This document shows, piece after piece, positions 62,823-64,000 of a stretch of DNA of 64,000 nucleotides. A program made the position numbers and the translations under genes. Where the stretch lies: positions 10,899,190-10,963,189 of the forward strand of contig NC_085846.1 of assembly GCF_035594765.1 (NCBI RefSeq), written 5' to 3'. A model generated the notes under the pieces. That model was not told the origin of the DNA. It saw only the letters and a list, made by a program, of their open reading frames with translations, and did not search any database. Numbering within the stretch: position 1 is the stretch's first letter; each line of letters begins with the position of its first letter. The DNA comes from Anolis carolinensis (Eukaryota).

Positions 62823-63782
62823 TTACACTGTGCCTTTCAAAAGCATTGATCTCATAATTCTCCTTAGCAATCTGCCCATTGCCTCTTTGACCTGGTCATT
62901 CCTCAGACAATAGATTAATGGGTTCACAAAGGGTGTGATGGTAGCATAGAAGACGGTTATGGCCTTAGTGATCACAGTTGGTCCTTCTCCACCTGGAATT
63001 AGGTACATCCCTCCGACCGAGCCGTAGAAAAGTGTCACCACCAAAAGGTGCATAGATATGGTGGAGAAGGCCTTCTTGCGGCTGCCTTGGTTGGAAGATT
63101 TAATCAAAGTGAAAATCACCTTGCCGTATGAAAATACAACAAACAGGACATTGCTTACAAAGATAGCATGCATGATAATTCGACAGACCAGAGGAACATT
63201 TCCGACTGGAGGACAGGCCAAGGACAAGACTGGTCCAGGATCACACAAGAAATGGTTGATGATGTTGGGTCTACAAAAGGACAACCTAGAGATCAGAGTC
63301 ACTGGGACAATGTACCCCAGGAAGCCAAGGATCCAACAAGTGGACACTAAAGCATAGCAGAATTTAGGGGACATGATTTGCAAGTAATGCAGTGGGTGGC
63401 AGACAGCCAGGTACCGATCCAAAGCCATGGCCGAGAGGAAGAAGAATTCAGTGCTGCCAAGAGAGAATAAACTGTAGAACTGGAGCAAGCAGGCCTGGAA
63501 GGAGATGGTCCTATGGGAGGCAGTCAGGTCGAAAAGCATTCGGGGCACGGTGGTGGTCACGTAGCATATCTCCAGCCAGGAGAAGTTGCTCAGAAGAGTG
63601 TACATGGGGAGCTGGGACAAGTGGGCATCCAGGAACACCAGGAGGATCACGATGATGTTCTCCACCAAAGTCAGTATGTAGAGAATGGCAAAGAAGATGA
63701 GGAGCAGGAATCACTTCTGTGCTGTGACTCCAAATCCCAGCAGGACAAACCCCTCAGTGGTGCTGCTATTATCCATCGCCAT
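62823..63782 (-). pseudogene. OR11 (OR11G/H-like) olfactory receptor with one in-frame TGA at codon 24
   Basis: Reads MAMDNSSTTEGFVLLGFGVTAQK*FLLLIFFAILYILTLVEN..., then stays open to 62823. Motifs NFSWLEICY, FSLGSTE and HFLCDPGP. Confidence 0.85.
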
Positions 63783-63919
63783 CTGGAATCAACAGGTCCA
63801 ATAACTCTCACACAGCATAACAAGTTATAATATTCTTAAAGGATCTTTATCCATCTATTTCCATCAAAAGACCAAGGGTACATCTACATCATAAAATTAA
63901 TGCAATTTACCACCACTTT

Positions 63920-64000
63920 GCAGGGACATGAGAGAAGCCTCCTACAAGGATGGTAAAAACATCAAAACATCCAGGCGTCTCCTGGGCAACGTCCTTGCAG
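63920..64000 (+). mobile_element. Partial tRNA-derived SINE at the window edge
   Basis: Matches the middle part of the 19717 family. Confidence 0.7.

Overview
Vertebrate genomic DNA, almost certainly an anole lizard (Anolis), inferred from Sauria SINEs with (ACCTTT)n tails and Penelope, Vingi, R4, CR1, L1 and L2 fragments. Left end: a CpG island with coding exon 1 of LPCAT4 (- strand), a G/C-skewed minisatellite in intron 1, and a hAT element carrying a 51-bp array just upstream. From about 22.6 kb to the right end: an olfactory receptor cluster with 5 apparently intact OR4-family genes (OR4N-like, a divergent OR4, OR4M-like, two OR4Q3-like), 2 decayed OR4 pseudogenes (one split by a solo LTR and absent from the ORF track) and an OR11-like gene with a single nonsense codon. 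About a dozen Penelope-derived fragments carry minimal type I hammerhead ribozyme motifs; the cleanest is a 105-bp, TSD-flanked, almost hammerhead-only insert in an L1 ORF2. There are two assembly gaps. I found no wholly new system; family names and human/mouse comparisons are from memory, not from database searches.
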